Shown: positions 62,955 to 64,000 of the stretch, piece after piece | Position numbering within the stretch: position 1 is the first letter of the stretch | Layout: each line of letters begins with the position of its first letter | NCBI GenBank assembly: GCA_001189215.1 | Contig: LFCR01000002.1 | Coordinates: 74,677-138,676 of the forward strand | Length of the DNA: 64,000 bases | From: Parcubacteria bacterium C7867-008 | GTDB taxonomy: Bacteria; Patescibacteriota; Minisyncoccia; Phycocordibacterales; Phycocordibacteraceae | Direction: 5' to 3' | The notes under the pieces: model-generated | Seen by the model: the letters and a program-made list of their open reading frames with translations, nothing else | What the model was told of the DNA's origin: nothing | The model's database searches: none | Program-made: the position numbers and the translations under genes

Positions 62955-63764
62955 ATGCCCGAATCATTACCAGAGACCATTGTGCGCGCATCTCGCCCTG
63001 TCCGTTATGCGGCAGCCGCTGCGCTCACGGTGCTCGCCCTGTTCCTCCTCGTTAAGACGTTTGATGCTATAGACCAGTTTGGTACGGGTCCTAACCGTCC
63101 TATTAACAGCATTACAGTGTCTGGTGAAGGAAAGAGTACATCTATTCCAAACATTGCACAGATAACCTTCACCGTGCAGGAGACTGCAGCAAGTGTTAAG
63201 GATGCGCAGGATGCTGCAACAAAGCGAACGAATGATTCACTCGCTGCAATGAAGACTATGGGAATTGAAGAGAAGGATATTAAGACTCTTGGATACAATG
63301 TGTATCCTCAGTATGAGAACCGCGCGATGGCTCCTTGTTACCCAGGTAGCGCATGCCCAACGCAGTCCAATAAGATCTCTGGATACCAGGTATCTCAGAC
63401 CGTACAAGTAAAAGTACGTGACACTGCGAAGGCAGGTGACGTGCTTCAGCAGCTCGGCACCTTTGGTGTACAGAACATCTCAGGACCAGACTTCATGCTT
63501 GATGATGACAGCACCGTTACCGATGAGGCACGTGCTGAAGCAATTAAGGATGCTCGTGAAAAGGCAGAGCTTCTTGCTAAGCAGCTCCACGTTCGTCTTG
63601 GTGATGTGATCAGCTTCTCTGAGGGAGGAGGTTACTACCCAATGTACAGCGGCTATGCAAAGGGAGGTGTTGCTATGGATGCTGCAGTGGCTCCATCACC
63701 ATCACTTCCGGTAGGGGAGAACGAAACAAATGTAACGGTTCAGGTTACGTACGAGATTCGCTAA
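62955..63764 (+). CDS. SIMPL-domain (DUF541) periplasmic/secreted protein
   Basis: N-terminal TM/signal then the SIMPL pattern (ITVSGEGKST...AKLLAKQLHVRLGDVISFSEGG). Confidence 0.6.
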   Translation: MPESLPETIVRASRPVRYAAAAALTVLALFLLVKTFDAIDQFGTGPNRPINSITVSGEGKSTSIPNIAQITFTVQETAASVKDAQDAATKRTNDSLAAMKTMGIEEKDIKTLGYNVYPQYENRAMAPCYPGSACPTQSNKISGYQVSQTVQVKVRDTAKAGDVLQQLGTFGVQNISGPDFMLDDDSTVTDEARAEAIKDAREKAELLAKQLHVRLGDVISFSEGGGYYPMYSGYAKGGVAMDAAVAPSPSLPVGENETNVTVQVTYEIR

Positions 63765-63783
63765 ATAACAAAATCTCTGTGAC

Positions 63784-63812
63784 AAAGCCACGCGGTTTTC
63801 CTGCGTGGCTTT
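63784..63812 (+). terminator. rho-independent terminator (AAAGCCACGC-GGTTTTCCT-GCGTGGCTTT)
   Basis: After SIMPL gene. Confidence 0.7.
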
Positions 63813-64000
63813 GCTCATTTGACACCCTAAAACCCTGTAGTAATATAGGAATATATAAGAGCCCCCGGGGCTTTTTTATTTAGACCACCATGAATTCATT
63901 CATCAGCTATCTCATTCACTGCAGTCTTCATTGCGGGCCTTGACTACCTCTTCACCCAAGGAGTCAGCCAGCTCATCGTTCGCTAATTTTAGCAACGTTA

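Noticed and set aside
1-64000. CRISPR arrays, rRNA genes, transposases/IS elements, reverse transcriptase/DGR
   Set aside because: No regularly spaced direct repeats, rRNA signatures or transposase-like ORFs were seen anywhere in the window.

Overview
This is a 64-kb chromosomal window of moderate GC (about 48% by eye; I could not compute it), with genes packed compactly on both strands.

What is in it:
- The replication-origin neighbourhood: yidC-rnpA-rpmH on the minus strand facing dnaA-dnaN on the plus strand, with DnaA boxes upstream of dnaA.
- Ten tRNA genes: Pro-TGG, Gly-GCC, Arg-TCG, Glu-TTC, Lys-TTT, Arg-GCG, Ser-TGA, Arg-TCT, Val-TAC, Leu-GAG.
- Housekeeping genes: cca, xth, a Xer-family recombinase, rpsO, uvrD/pcrA, rsmA, ruvA, ruvB, ruvC+yebC, tsaE, polA, a holA-like gene, murE, a class A PBP, rpsT, rplS, an RluA-family gene, rdgB, mscL, zupT.
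- A type IV pilus set: pilB at 38.3 kb and pilM-N-O at 52.5 kb.
- An ~11-kb type-IV-secretion-like cluster (16.0-27.1 kb): a TrbL/VirB6-like polytopic protein, a VirB3-like protein, a VirB4 ATPase interrupted by an in-frame TAA, a pilin-like protein, and proline-rich and secreted proteins.

This content is what a reduced-genome Patescibacteria/CPR organism (Saccharibacteria-like) would carry. That attribution is inference only.

Unusual items:
- A 2-kb array of four small genes next to tRNA-Pro, each preceded by the same ~60-nt element.
- The palindrome TTTTCACGTGAAAC repeated four times around the 3' end of cca, next to a 450-nt ORF-free gap.
- Two sharply GC-rich islands flanking tsaE-polA.
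- A RuvX fusion to a tRNA-binding domain.
- A highly structured leader in front of a radical-SAM gene.
- T-arm-like tRNA fragments beside two tRNA genes.

No rRNA, CRISPR array, transposase or reverse transcriptase was seen.
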